Part shown: positions 53,799-63,801 of the stretch, piece by piece
How positions within the stretch are numbered: position 1 is the first letter of the stretch
How the letters are laid out: each line of letters begins with the position of its first letter
NCBI GenBank assembly: GCA_020724585.1
Contig: DYGS01000001.1
Span: 422,002-486,001, forward strand
Source of the DNA: Candidatus Microgenomatus sp.
Lineage (GTDB): Bacteria; Patescibacteriota; Microgenomatia; UBA8517
DNA length: 64,000 nucleotides
Direction of reading: 5' to 3'
The notes under the pieces: model-generated
What the model was told of the DNA's origin: nothing
Databases searched by the model: none
What the model saw: the letters and a program-made list of their open reading frames with translations, nothing else
Made by a program: the position numbers and the translations under genes

Positions 53799-56210
53799 AT
53801 GGGCTTAGAAGTAATGAGAATTGAATCCAACATTAGGAAAAAGGGGAATCTTGAGCCAAACCTAAAAGGTTTTGGGAAAGATATTGCTTTGATTCAAAAA
53901 TATCTTACTCCAGAAGAAGCAACAGACTTGGTTTGGCACGCAAGAATTGCAAACGAAGTTGCCAGCAGAACAGTTAATGTTAGATTCCCCAAATCAATAC
54001 ATCCAAATGTCCATCTATTCAGTGTTATAAAAAATCTCGGCAATGAAGCAAAAGGATACGCAGTGCCAACTGATGAATTAGTCCCAAGAGTGATTTCTAA
54101 ATTAGCATTTCCAAATATAAACATAGACCCACCCGATGGTGTAGATAAACATGTCTTTAAAGCCAAGGCAACCGAAATAATTGATACAGCTAAGCGTTTT
54201 TATTACCTACAAGCATTGAGAGCTGTGCTTAAAAAAACTGGCAAACAAAGTGTGTTTGATGGAATGGGTACACAGTTAGAATTAAGCGAAACAGATCTTA
54301 ATACTCTAATTCAAGAAACTGAAAATGCAATACAAACAAAATTTAATGCCTTAGCGTCTATTTCTTCTGGTTTAACCCCAGTAAAAATTGTCAACGACGA
54401 TGAGTTTACGCGAAAAGCACTTAAGCAGATAGGGGGATTGCCTAAATTACAAAAAGTTGAGGGGACTCGGACTAAAACACACGTCTTCCAATTTTCAAAC
54501 AGCGGGTTAGAGGATGTAAGAAGTGCAATCATTACTAGACACCAAAGAAATAGAAATATTAAGATTGGTGTTGGTGTTGCTGTGCCAGCTGGTGCGGTGG
54601 CTATATGTGCAATTGGCAACCTAAGACCACCCGAAATAACACCAGCCCCACGAGCCACAACAACCTCAGAAGAAGAAAATGGGAATAATTATCCACAAGT
54701 TGAAGCTGCTTCAACAGAAAATGGGCAATTATTACTTGATTATTGTAATACAGCTTATGCAAACTATTGTACAGAAAACGGTATTACATTGGAAAACACT
54801 AAAGGCGCTTACTTTGGAGACGGTAACTTTTTATTTAATCTTGTTGATAATCAAAGTAGAAATTATTTTTGGTACATAACTGGCTATTCTGAAATTCAAC
54901 CGCTAGATTTTGGCATTGATATAGAAGGAAATTTCTATTTAGGGCCAAAATTAAACACTTATGGGTCAATTAAACCAAGACCTGATCAGATTCTGAAATA
55001 TTTCACCTGGAATCCAAATCAAACAGATAAAAATGGGGGGATCATCATTATTTATCAGCCAAGTGGTACACCAACCGACGCTAGGTATTTTATTTTACCC
55101 AAGGAAAGTAATATCCATGGGGTGATCAAAAACGCATCTTTAATTCCAATACAAACACCGGAATCTTCGATTATCACAGAAATCAAATCAAAACTTGAGG
55201 AAAATGAGACCTTCACCTTAAACGCCGATGGGCAGATCGAAATGCAAACCCCCGAAGGGATAGTCATCCTCCCTGGCATCACAATTTCCCCAGATGGCAA
55301 AATGACCGTTACCCATGATAACCAAACCTTTGAAGCCGACCCGCAGACTATTGAAATAGAAGGTCAAACCCTCTCCTTCAAATCTTTAGATGGCAAAACA
55401 TGGGTTTGGGACGGGGAGAGTTTGAAACAAACCCTTCTATCAAAAGAGATGTTGGACAGCGCAAAGAATTTTTTTGGTGAAGGCTTTGGGATAACCCCTG
55501 ATGGAAAAGTAATTGACAAAAATCTAGGTACCGAGATTCAAGGATTTACTATTGTCCCATTCAATGAACAAACAATGATACCTCCATATGGAAAAGAAGT
55601 TACTTGGGGCTGGCAAAGAGTTTATGAATTTGAAGGTAATCCTGATTTTACAGTTGTAGGAACTGAAGCGGATATTACCATTACTGAAGATGGAGGTCTT
55701 GACATGTATGCATGGGAATATAAAGATGGGGAATTTGCTAGACAAAAGGTTGAATTTGCAGCACCAAACAATGGAACAGTTGAACTAGAGGGCTTTTCAC
55801 CACATGAAGTACAATATATGATAATAAATAATAGCAGTGATGATCCAAAATACAAAGTTAATAGTTTTCAAGCCAGAAGGAGCCTAGGATTTAACATCCA
55901 ATCAGAAGTTGTAAATAGAACTATATATATCACACACAAAGGGATGTGGGAATCAATAGATGACTATTATAATTGGTACGGCAATAATTTTATACCAGTT
56001 TTAGATACTAACGGTAATTGGTCAAAAGTTGAAACAACAGAGTTTATGGTGTTTCCCGAATTTAAAGATAGAGGTAAAGCACTAGTTGTTTGGATGGGTA
56101 AAGATAACAAGCCTATTGTAGTTGTAATGGAAGGAAAATATTTAGAAATGCCTGAATATTTTAATCCATACTGGAAAAATCATGACATTGAAGATCCCTT
56201 CACCCCTTGA
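53799..56210 (+). CDS. Large hypothetical protein with a central TM segment
   Basis: 803 aa; hydrophobic segment near residues 255-275, Pro/Thr linker, beta-rich acidic C-terminal part; TTGACA/TATAAT-like promoter upstream. Confidence 0.75.
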   Translation: MGLEVMRIESNIRKKGNLEPNLKGFGKDIALIQKYLTPEEATDLVWHARIANEVASRTVNVRFPKSIHPNVHLFSVIKNLGNEAKGYAVPTDELVPRVISKLAFPNINIDPPDGVDKHVFKAKATEIIDTAKRFYYLQALRAVLKKTGKQSVFDGMGTQLELSETDLNTLIQETENAIQTKFNALASISSGLTPVKIVNDDEFTRKALKQIGGLPKLQKVEGTRTKTHVFQFSNSGLEDVRSAIITRHQRNRNIKIGVGVAVPAGAVAICAIGNLRPPEITPAPRATTTSEEENGNNYPQVEAASTENGQLLLDYCNTAYANYCTENGITLENTKGAYFGDGNFLFNLVDNQSRNYFWYITGYSEIQPLDFGIDIEGNFYLGPKLNTYGSIKPRPDQILKYFTWNPNQTDKNGGIIIIYQPSGTPTDARYFILPKESNIHGVIKNASLIPIQTPESSIITEIKSKLEENETFTLNADGQIEMQTPEGIVILPGITISPDGKMTVTHDNQTFEADPQTIEIEGQTLSFKSLDGKTWVWDGESLKQTLLSKEMLDSAKNFFGEGFGITPDGKVIDKNLGTEIQGFTIVPFNEQTMIPPYGKEVTWGWQRVYEFEGNPDFTVVGTEADITITEDGGLDMYAWEYKDGEFARQKVEFAAPNNGTVELEGFSPHEVQYMIINNSSDDPKYKVNSFQARRSLGFNIQSEVVNRTIYITHKGMWESIDDYYNWYGNNFIPVLDTNGNWSKVETTEFMVFPEFKDRGKALVVWMGKDNKPIVVVMEGKYLEMPEYFNPYWKNHDIEDPFTP

Positions 56211-56518
56211 CCTTTTGCAAAAAGTTCCGATAGTTCTTGACTTCATATATGTAGCTGCGCTAAACTACCTCAAGGCACCTTTATAGCGAGGCGCTGGCAA
56301 CGCAAAAGGCAAATCCTTAAAAATCTGTTTGCAGGGAGTTCTTCTTAGTTCTCAAAATCAGACTCTATCTCGTTTTTTTCCTCAACAGCGAGGAAACAAA
56401 CCAAACTTTTTAAGAAGGGCTGAGAAACCATGAGAAAAGAAGATCACACCACAAATTGATTTTTAAGCACAACAGACCGCATGCAAGCGGTTTCCTTTTT
56501 TTAAAAAAAGGAGAGTTA

Positions 56519-56734
56519 ATGCCCAATTCGCTCGGTGGTGGATCAGCTTTGAATCAGTTGTTGCAAGACAACCTTCCACAGCAGGTTGGTGTTCAAGCCA
56601 CGGTAATCACCCCTGTTCACAAGCAAGGAACAGAGGTGGATGCACAGCTTTACACCAAGCTCGACAACGGAAGATTCCAACTGACAGAGCACATTCACCT
56701 CAACACGGACCTTACACCCAAGCAAGTTCCGTAA
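56519..56734 (+). CDS. 71-aa hypothetical protein
   Basis: SD AAGGAG before ATG 56519, higher GC, followed by a branched hairpin. Confidence 0.6.
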   Translation: MPNSLGGGSALNQLLQDNLPQQVGVQATVITPVHKQGTEVDAQLYTKLDNGRFQLTEHIHLNTDLTPKQVP

Positions 56735-56876
56735 AACAATAAAGTGACCACATAAAAAGGAAAATCACTGTCAAAGACAGTAAAATCTCAGGTCACGAGA
56801 TTTGGCAACAGCCTGATTTTCCTTTTAGTTTTTGACATATCCGTATTTGATGGATAGATAGTAAGTAAATTGCAAA

Positions 56877-57179
56877 ATGAAAAAGAAAATTATATTTCAG
56901 ACAGACTTTGATCAAAATCTCGAAAATCATATTCTTTTGATCTTGTCTGGCACCGATTATGACAACTTTACCTTGAACAACATTGCTTTAGCCCTGGGGA
57001 AAAAATACAAAGAGGGATCCAAAGATTGGAACAAACTAAAACTTCATCTGATGGATATGGAAAGGAAGGGGCTGATTGAAGAAAGGCATTTTGGAAAAGA
57101 GGCTGGAAATTGGGAGGGAATTGTTGACTATGTACTAAAAAACAAGGGGATCAAACGAGTTGGGCAAGTAACAACATAA
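56877..57179 (+). CDS. Winged-helix-like hypothetical protein
   Basis: L..MERKGLIE...Y.L...G pattern. Confidence 0.6.
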   Translation: MKKKIIFQTDFDQNLENHILLILSGTDYDNFTLNNIALALGKKYKEGSKDWNKLKLHLMDMERKGLIEERHFGKEAGNWEGIVDYVLKNKGIKRVGQVTT

Positions 57180-57240
57180 AGCCCGTCCCCCTCTTGACCT
57201 ACGCCTTCAAAAAGTCAATAATAAATAAAGGGGGTTATCA

Positions 57241-57855
57241 ATGGAAAATAAATACAAGTTTTGGCTGTCTGTATTTCTTCTGAGTTTATGCTTCTTGGTT
57301 GTTACACTTTTCTTTTTGATATTTTCCACATATGCGGCAGGGCTTAAACCTGCAATAAGTCTCCGCGACAGATATGTTTCTGTAGTATTTAACATTAGAA
57401 AAGCAATTGGCTATCACGAGGCGGATTTTTGTTGGTATTTTAGAAATCCCATTAGCCCATTAAGGAAAAATGACGATGGTACTTATAATTATGCTCTAAT
57501 GGGCAAGTTGGTAGCAATAGACGCCAATAGCAGTACAATCTCACTTCTTTGCAGTGACGATAAAACTTATAGTTTGTTTCTTCCCCTTGAAAAAACGGAA
57601 TTTGACGGTTGGGTTACAACAAAAGTGGGAGTGAATACCAAATCTCCCAAGCCCAAGGGAAGCCCGTTCATGTTTAATACCCAGGATATAAAGGCAAGCG
57701 TGGATTTTGATCGTTATTTCAAGGAAGATCAGCTATACATGGCGATATGGGTTGACAAAAGAAGCCCCCACGAGATAAACAGGCAGGCAAAATCAAATCC
57801 CAAAAAAACGATAAATACGGCTGAAAATTTTGTTGTGTCTTTGTTGCGCTATTAA
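57241..57855 (+). CDS. Membrane-anchored hypothetical protein
   Basis: N-terminal TM; 5 nt before the next gene. Confidence 0.7.
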   Translation: MENKYKFWLSVFLLSLCFLVVTLFFLIFSTYAAGLKPAISLRDRYVSVVFNIRKAIGYHEADFCWYFRNPISPLRKNDDGTYNYALMGKLVAIDANSSTISLLCSDDKTYSLFLPLEKTEFDGWVTTKVGVNTKSPKPKGSPFMFNTQDIKASVDFDRYFKEDQLYMAIWVDKRSPHEINRQAKSNPKKTINTAENFVVSLLRY

Positions 57856-57860
57856 TAGCC

Positions 57861-59588
57861 ATGAGAAAAACCATTTTGACACTCGTCTTTCTGTTTTTAA
57901 TTATTGTAGTTGGTGCTCTTGTGCCAAAATCTGTCTTTGCTCAACAATACTGCCCAGATGAAAATGCCTGTTTATGTCAACAAATTGGTTACCCAGCCTG
58001 TTGTGAGATTGAAGGTCCAGGGGGATATAACTGTGGTGGGGGTGGTGGGGGAGAACAGTGTGAATGTGGGGTGAATGCGCAGGGGAATTGTAAGCCTTGT
58101 GGTGGGTTTCAATGTCCAACCCCTGTAAATTGTAGTCCTGCGGAAAGGGTGATGACTTATGACATAACCAACATTGATGAGGATTGGAACCCGCGTTGTC
58201 CTGTTGGAACAAGTCAAAGCTATCAATGCACGGATTATGGAACAGATGAAGATGGTAACGAGGTTTGCACTGACGGGAGAGCCATTACTTATGGCTGTTG
58301 CCCAACGGGGACGCAATACCAGTGTCAGGTTGTTGATACGGGCAATAATTACACGATCTATAATTCCTGCCGCAATCCGACAAGATGTTCTGAAGATATT
58401 GATGTCTATCTTTATCATTACGAGGCTCCCAATACTGTTGCAAACAGATGCTATAGCGGGGAAAACGAATCGGGATTTTACTGGGTCTATAATGTGTACA
58501 CCGTCTGTAGGGATTATCAAAGGGTCTGCAACTGCGTGGCAACATGCAATGCCCAGGCTCCTTCAACCCCAATTCTAACAAGCCCCGTTGACGGCGCCAG
58601 CCTGTCAACCACTCCCGTCTCCTTGAATTGGAATGCCGTCTCATCCTGGGGCTTGGCTTGTGCAAACCAGGTAAACAGTTACTCCGTTTATGTGGGGACG
58701 ACCAATCCTCCCATTCCCTATACCAATGTGGGGACGGCAACAAATTACAGTTTTTCAGGCGCTCTCGGAAACACCTACTACTGGTTTGTAAGAGCAAGCA
58801 ACGGTCAGCTTTATACCGATAGTGAGGTAAGAAGTTTTACCATAACCCAGGGTCCCTGGTGGCAGGTCAAAGACGGCGATGTGACGGCAAACGGCGCATT
58901 GGGATCAGATGTACCTGACGGCTCTGTCTTTGCAGATAACGGAGCAGGGGGCTACCCCGGTCTTCCTGTTTATAGCGATTCGTTTAACCTTTCATCAAAT
59001 CCCGCCAAAATTTCAACAACCGGCTGGCAGGCGAATAGCTTAAGCTTTGTCCAAAGACTTTTTAACTTTGACTATTTTGCTAACTTAATTCCTCAAAGTA
59101 TTGTTGTAAACCCTATTGGGGATTTGGCAGGTGGCGGCGTTTCCGATGAAAATGGATATGAATGGTATCGGGTCAACGGCAACTTGGATATCGCATCAAG
59201 CATCAATTTTGGAAACCGTAAGGTTATCGTATTTGTCGAAAACGGCAGTTTGAATTTGGCTGGAAACATCAACTTAAACGACGGAGTTGGCTTTGCGGGA
59301 TTTTTTGTTGAAGGAGGAATAAATATTGATCCCAACATGGCTCAAGTTGCAGGTCCCGAGCTTGAAGGGGTGTATTTAACAAGCGGGCTATTTTCAACCG
59401 GCGCAGGGGATAGCCAGCTTCATATCAGGGGTTCCGTTGCCTCCTATGGAGGTTTTTCCTTGCAAAGAGATTTGATAAACGATTCAGCCGCTCCGGCAGA
59501 ATTGTTTGAATACGGACCGGATCAAATTTTGCTCTTTCCCAACAAGCTTGCCTTTAGACAAAGCAGATGGGTTGAAGTAGCTCCGTGA
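57861..59588 (+). CDS. Secreted Cys-rich protein with FN3-like domain; candidate pilus-associated adhesin
   Basis: Signal peptide, more than 20 Cys in the N-terminal 230 aa, TYYWFVRASNG, PWWQVKDGDV, C-terminal W.EVAP. Confidence 0.75.
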   Translation: MRKTILTLVFLFLIIVVGALVPKSVFAQQYCPDENACLCQQIGYPACCEIEGPGGYNCGGGGGGEQCECGVNAQGNCKPCGGFQCPTPVNCSPAERVMTYDITNIDEDWNPRCPVGTSQSYQCTDYGTDEDGNEVCTDGRAITYGCCPTGTQYQCQVVDTGNNYTIYNSCRNPTRCSEDIDVYLYHYEAPNTVANRCYSGENESGFYWVYNVYTVCRDYQRVCNCVATCNAQAPSTPILTSPVDGASLSTTPVSLNWNAVSSWGLACANQVNSYSVYVGTTNPPIPYTNVGTATNYSFSGALGNTYYWFVRASNGQLYTDSEVRSFTITQGPWWQVKDGDVTANGALGSDVPDGSVFADNGAGGYPGLPVYSDSFNLSSNPAKISTTGWQANSLSFVQRLFNFDYFANLIPQSIVVNPIGDLAGGGVSDENGYEWYRVNGNLDIASSINFGNRKVIVFVENGSLNLAGNINLNDGVGFAGFFVEGGINIDPNMAQVAGPELEGVYLTSGLFSTGAGDSQLHIRGSVASYGGFSLQRDLINDSAAPAELFEYGPDQILLFPNKLAFRQSRWVEVAP

Positions 59589-59608
59589 TATAATGTATTA
59601 CTTAAAGT

Positions 59609-59995
59609 ATGAATATAAAACTTGAAAGTCAGGATATTTTAAAATTATCTTCGTCTGATATAAATGGGGTCATTTTGTTTGGATCACAAGCACAAGGCCT
59701 AGCAAATCAAAATAGTGATTTAGATATATTTATTTTAGGCAAAAGAAGCAATACCAAATACGACCTTATTTATGATATCTTTTCCAATAAAGCCGGCAGA
59801 CTTATCAATATCGATATTGTTTTTGAAGACATGGCCACCATGGAATTAATGGTACATGTTGCAAGGCACGGCAAGGTTTTATATCAAAAAAATATAAATG
59901 ATTTTGCAAATTTCAAGGCCAAAGTTATGATCCTTGCCTCGGATTTTGACTATCACAAACAAATTTATACAAAAGAAATCTTTAATAAAATTTGA
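59609..59995 (+). CDS. MNT (minimal nucleotidyltransferase) antitoxin, MntA-like
   Basis: LFGSQAQG.....SDLDI (GSX10DXD). Confidence 0.9.
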   Translation: MNIKLESQDILKLSSSDINGVILFGSQAQGLANQNSDLDIFILGKRSNTKYDLIYDIFSNKAGRLINIDIVFEDMATMELMVHVARHGKVLYQKNINDFANFKAKVMILASDFDYHKQIYTKEIFNKI

Positions 59996-60459
59996 AAATG
60001 ACAACATCAACCATAGAAAAAGATATTGTAACCAAACGAATTGCAGGAATTGAGGCAGAAATTTTTGAGCTTCAAAAATTGGCGAGGCAAAAGAAAGAGG
60101 AATTTTCAACCGGACAAGGTTGGAAGCTAGCTCAATTTCATTTGCACAGAGCTCTAGAAGGCGTCTTTAATATTAGTACCCATATTTTATCAAGATTTCC
60201 AGGAACATCGCCGACTCAATATGCCGAAATAGCTAGAAAAATGGGAGAATATGGAATTGTTGATAAAAACTTTGCCGAGGAAAAACTGGTTAAAATGGCA
60301 AAATATAGAAATAGACTTGTACATTTTTATTCGGAAATTAGTGCAAGTGAGTTATACCAGATAATTAATAATAATTTGGCTGATTTTGAAACATTTTTAA
60401 AAGGAATTAAAAAGCTCTTGGAAAATCCAAAAGAATTTGGCTTGGATATAGAGTCTTAG
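59992..60459 (+). CDS. HEPN (DUF86) RNase toxin, HepT-like
   Basis: RNRLVHFY (RX4HXY); follows MNT gene; ATG 59998 is an alternative start. Confidence 0.9.
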   Translation: MKMTTSTIEKDIVTKRIAGIEAEIFELQKLARQKKEEFSTGQGWKLAQFHLHRALEGVFNISTHILSRFPGTSPTQYAEIARKMGEYGIVDKNFAEEKLVKMAKYRNRLVHFYSEISASELYQIINNNLADFETFLKGIKKLLENPKEFGLDIES

Positions 60460-60953
60460 TAATTTCTTAGACTTATTTCTGTTTGAATTGTAACTTGTGA
60501 ACCCTCTGCTTGTTGATTTAAGGCGTCTCGAGCAGCTATATTTATAATAACCGTCGGCGGATCATTTAAATCCTCCTGCTGGCACGCAAAATTACAACTG
60601 GTAATCAAAATCTGCTCAGATGTTAATCTTGCCGAACCTGAAGCTATATATCCATCTTGACCCAAAAACTGGCAAGAAAACGAAGTTGATATACGATCGC
60701 TTGAAACATAATTTAAAACCTGATTTGATGTATTAGGACAAGGAGAGACACTTTCTGCCCCTCTTAACTGTCTTTCAATCACGGAGACTGCATAGTTCAA
60801 ATTCTCCCGAACCCCTATTTGAGCTTCACTTTTTCTGGCACTTTTTAGAGTTGAAATAATTGAAACAGAAACAATCATTCCAAGAATGGCAAAAACAGAA
60901 ACAACTATTAAAATCTCAATTAAACTCATCCCTGATTTATAATTTTTTGCCAT
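60456..60953 (-). CDS. Type IV minor pilin (PilW-like)
   Basis: GMSLIEILIV prepilin motif. Confidence 0.88.
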   Translation of the reverse strand: MAKNYKSGMSLIEILIVVSVFAILGMIVSVSIISTLKSARKSEAQIGVRENLNYAVSVIERQLRGAESVSPCPNTSNQVLNYVSSDRISTSFSCQFLGQDGYIASGSARLTSEQILITSCNFACQQEDLNDPPTVIINIAARDALNQQAEGSQVTIQTEISLRNY

Positions 60954-60955
60954 AA

Positions 60956-61432
60956 TTATCTTTCTCTTATATCTGAAAATGTCGTCGTACTTCTGGATTC
61001 GTGGTACCCTTGGGCATCAGTCCAAGAAACTATAACTGTTGCAGATATTTCACTTTTACCTGATATTAAAGCCGTTTCAAGCCTCAAATTCCTTAAAAAA
61101 ATACTTTCTGAAATAAATTCATTTGAAGAGCATGCGCCAACATTTGTCCAGGTCAAGCTATCAAGACAATAAAGAGGGTTTGCCGCATTATTAACAAAGC
61201 TGTTTATATTTTTATCCCTCTCGCTTCTTATCCATTCAATCGCCTCTAAAGCATATTTAGAAGCAAGATTTTTATTTCTTGAAAAGGAAGAATTCCTGAC
61301 CGTATGGGTCGTTAATATAACAATGCCAACAGTTATCAAAGTCATTACACCGAGGGCTAAAACGACCTCAAAAAGACTCCCTCCGGAATACAAATCATAA
61401 ATTTTAAATTTCAAATTTTTAATCAATTTCAA
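60956..61432 (-). CDS. Type IV minor pilin (PilV-like)
   Basis: GGSLFEVVLAL, A.E.IEWIRS.RD, V.VSW. Confidence 0.85.
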   Translation of the reverse strand: MKLIKNLKFKIYDLYSGGSLFEVVLALGVMTLITVGIVILTTHTVRNSSFSRNKNLASKYALEAIEWIRSERDKNINSFVNNAANPLYCLDSLTWTNVGACSSNEFISESIFLRNLRLETALISGKSEISATVIVSWTDAQGYHESRSTTTFSDIRER

Positions 61433-61433
61433 T

Positions 61434-61901
61434 TTATTTTATTTCCCCTCCAACTCCTATTGTTACCGTAGCTGTATTTCCCGTTGCCTCGGATGTCAAT
61501 GTTATTTGATTACTGGAAGATAAATCAGTGCCAAGGCCTAAAACTTTAAACCTTGTTGAAGAAGTGGTCGAAGATATGCTTATATTGTCATAATTTACGG
61601 TTTTTATTATTCTCACGCCTTCTTGGCAATTTGCCTGAAGTTGATAACTTGAGCTGGAATTTCTGAAAAAGGTATAACCATCAAGCCGAGAGCACAGACC
61701 AAGAGATGGATCCGGTTTTTCCCCAGAAAGAGCCAGTTGTTGTATTCTTCGCAAATCCGAAGTTAATGATTTTAAATAACCCTGAAGTTCTTGTCTTCTT
61801 GAAAATTCACGATAACTTGCGACACCGATTAAAAAAACGATTGCAATAATTGTTGCCCCAACTAAAAGTTCAACTAAAGTAAAGGCCCTCTGCTTGTACA
61901 T
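61434..61901 (-). CDS. Type IV minor pilin (FimT/GspH-like)
   Basis: AFTLVELLV. Confidence 0.88.
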   Translation of the reverse strand: MYKQRAFTLVELLVGATIIAIVFLIGVASYREFSRRQELQGYLKSLTSDLRRIQQLALSGEKPDPSLGLCSRLDGYTFFRNSSSSYQLQANCQEGVRIIKTVNYDNISISSTTSSTRFKVLGLGTDLSSSNQITLTSEATGNTATVTIGVGGEIK

Positions 61902-61908
61902 AGATTCA

Positions 61909-62352
61909 TTATGGATTTGTTACTTTATAATTGCAAGTCGTGCCGCAATTTGAAGAACCGCCACAGGTCACACTTCCTGATCCCTGTTCAAGTGAAGCAC
62001 AAAGTTCATATCCACTTCCCGACACGGAGTACCTATAATTTCTGATAGCAGATATCGGGTCTTGCGGAATTAACGATATGTAAGTATTGGAAGCGCTGCA
62101 AGAAGTTGGAGAACCTGATCCTACCAAGTTTCCACCAAATGTTAAACTTGAGGGATAAACATTGCAGTCCGCTCTGTAAAGTTCCAAACCAGATCTGATA
62201 AGCTCAAGGTCGGACTTTCTTCGAGCGTCTCTTGAGGATTCTCGGGCGCCGGCAAGGCCAAAAATCGAAACAGCAACTATTACACCGATTATGGATATTA
62301 CCACCAAAAGTTCAATTAAGGTAAAGGCCTTTAGCATTTGTCTTTTTAGCAT
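61909..62352 (-). CDS. Type IV pilin (GspG-like)
   Basis: AFTLIELLVVISII, SRDARRKSDL; start may be 62337. Confidence 0.9.
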   Translation of the reverse strand: MLKRQMLKAFTLIELLVVISIIGVIVAVSIFGLAGARESSRDARRKSDLELIRSGLELYRADCNVYPSSLTFGGNLVGSGSPTSCSASNTYISLIPQDPISAIRNYRYSVSGSGYELCASLEQGSGSVTCGGSSNCGTTCNYKVTNP

Positions 62353-62370
62353 TTGTCTTTTTAATTTAAG

Positions 62371-62889
62371 TTATATTGGACAAGTTGATGAACTTGGCGC
62401 TGTTGTTGCTTGCCCGGTCTTGCCATTTGAACATATTATGAAATACTCTGTTGCTGAAACATTTTCAAGTTTGGCCCAAAGAACATAATTTGTTGCAGTT
62501 GCCGTTCCGTTTGAACCGTTACTTATATATCTATAATCAAAAGACGAGTCGGCTGTATTTTTAGAGTCTTGACTGCAGGAAATATCGGGTTCAAGCCTTA
62601 AATTCAAGTCTGAACAAAGAGTTGAGAAAGCAGAAACCGACGATGTCCTTGAAGGAAATAGCCCGTTTGCCAAATTAGCATAAGCCTCTAGGGCATTTTG
62701 GTACTGCCTTAAATCTGATTTTCTGTTTGCGTCTCTTGCCTGTTTTTGCGCACTTGAAAAAGATATCAGAGCCAAAGCCGCCAGAATACCAATTAATGAT
62801 ATTACAACAAGCATTTCTATGAGAGTAAACCCACGCTTAGTATGTTGTATGTTGTATATTGTATATTGGTTTAATTTAGAATTTAGCAT
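62371..62889 (-). CDS. Type IV pilin (GspG-like)
   Basis: [24 protein letters not shown]. Confidence 0.9.
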   Translation of the reverse strand: MLNSKLNQYTIYNIQHTKRGFTLIEMLVVISLIGILAALALISFSSAQKQARDANRKSDLRQYQNALEAYANLANGLFPSRTSSVSAFSTLCSDLNLRLEPDISCSQDSKNTADSSFDYRYISNGSNGTATATNYVLWAKLENVSATEYFIICSNGKTGQATTAPSSSTCPI

Positions 62890-62908
62890 TTGTCTTTTTT
62901 AGCATTTG

Positions 62909-63355
62909 TCAGGGACTGACAGTATATTTCCATCCACTAGGACACCAAGTTAAATCGGTTGTTGAAACTCCCTTGTCATCGCTTTTGTTTTCAAGACAAG
63001 CCTCCAGTGTATAATCATCCGAACCTGCACCAGATGAAGTATACCTATACGATTGACCTGTTAATGGATCGTCAGGAAGAGTGTTCATATAAGTAATATT
63101 ATCATTAACCCAGGCCCCACCCCACAAACAGGATCCATCACAGCCCACGATGTTACCCGAACTTGAAGCCGGATAACCGCCATTATCATTATAATAAAGT
63201 CTTAAAGCTGTTTGAATGTTCCTTAGGTCAGATTTTCGTTGCGTATCCCTGGCTCTTTCCCTTGCAGAGTTTAAATTAGCGATAACCAAAGTCGCCAACA
63301 CGCCAATTAAGGAAACGACTACCAGTAGCTCAATCAAAGTAAATGCTTTTTTCAT
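62909..63355 (-). CDS. Type IV pilin (GspG-like)
   Basis: AFTLIELLVVVSLI, ARDTQRKSDL, LPDDP. Confidence 0.9.
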   Translation of the reverse strand: MKKAFTLIELLVVVSLIGVLATLVIANLNSARERARDTQRKSDLRNIQTALRLYYNDNGGYPASSSGNIVGCDGSCLWGGAWVNDNITYMNTLPDDPLTGQSYRYTSSGAGSDDYTLEACLENKSDDKGVSTTDLTWCPSGWKYTVSP

Positions 63356-63801
63356 CTTGACCCCACCTTATATACTAAACCATTTTTGCACCAACGGGTA
63401 TTATCAGTTTTTATTCCGCTTCTATCTTTCAAATTCTCAAGACAAGCTTCAATCGTGTATGATTTTGTTTGCTCATCGTATGAATATAAATAGCTTTGAG
63501 ACGATAGGGGATCATAGGGCATTTTTTCCAAATATCTGATATTTCCATCATCCCAAGGATAACCCCAAATACAGGCCTCTCCGCCACATCCAACAATTCT
63601 ACCAACGCTTGATTTTGGATAAGAATAATTGTTTTTGTAATATTCTGCAAGTCCTTTTTGGATAATAACTAGATCATCTTTTCTCTGACGGTCGCGAAGA
63701 AGCATATCGTTTTTAGGATTAATTTTTTTCCACACAAAAACTGTTGTAAAAATTAAGGATAAAACAGCTATCAAAAATATATACTTTTTATTCATAAACA
63801 T
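63352..63801 (-). CDS. Pilin-like protein without canonical prepilin motif
   Basis: TM, RDRQRKDDL, head domain paralogous to 62909-63355. Confidence 0.8.
   Translation of the reverse strand: MFMNKKYIFLIAVLSLIFTTVFVWKKINPKNDMLLRDRQRKDDLVIIQKGLAEYYKNNYSYPKSSVGRIVGCGGEACIWGYPWDDGNIRYLEKMPYDPLSSQSYLYSYDEQTKSYTIEACLENLKDRSGIKTDNTRWCKNGLVYKVGSR

Noticed and set aside
56290-56345. c-di-GMP-I riboswitch (GGCAAA and ACGCAAA words)
   Set aside because: Motifs are in the wrong order and the GNRA-capped P2 and P3 stems are missing.
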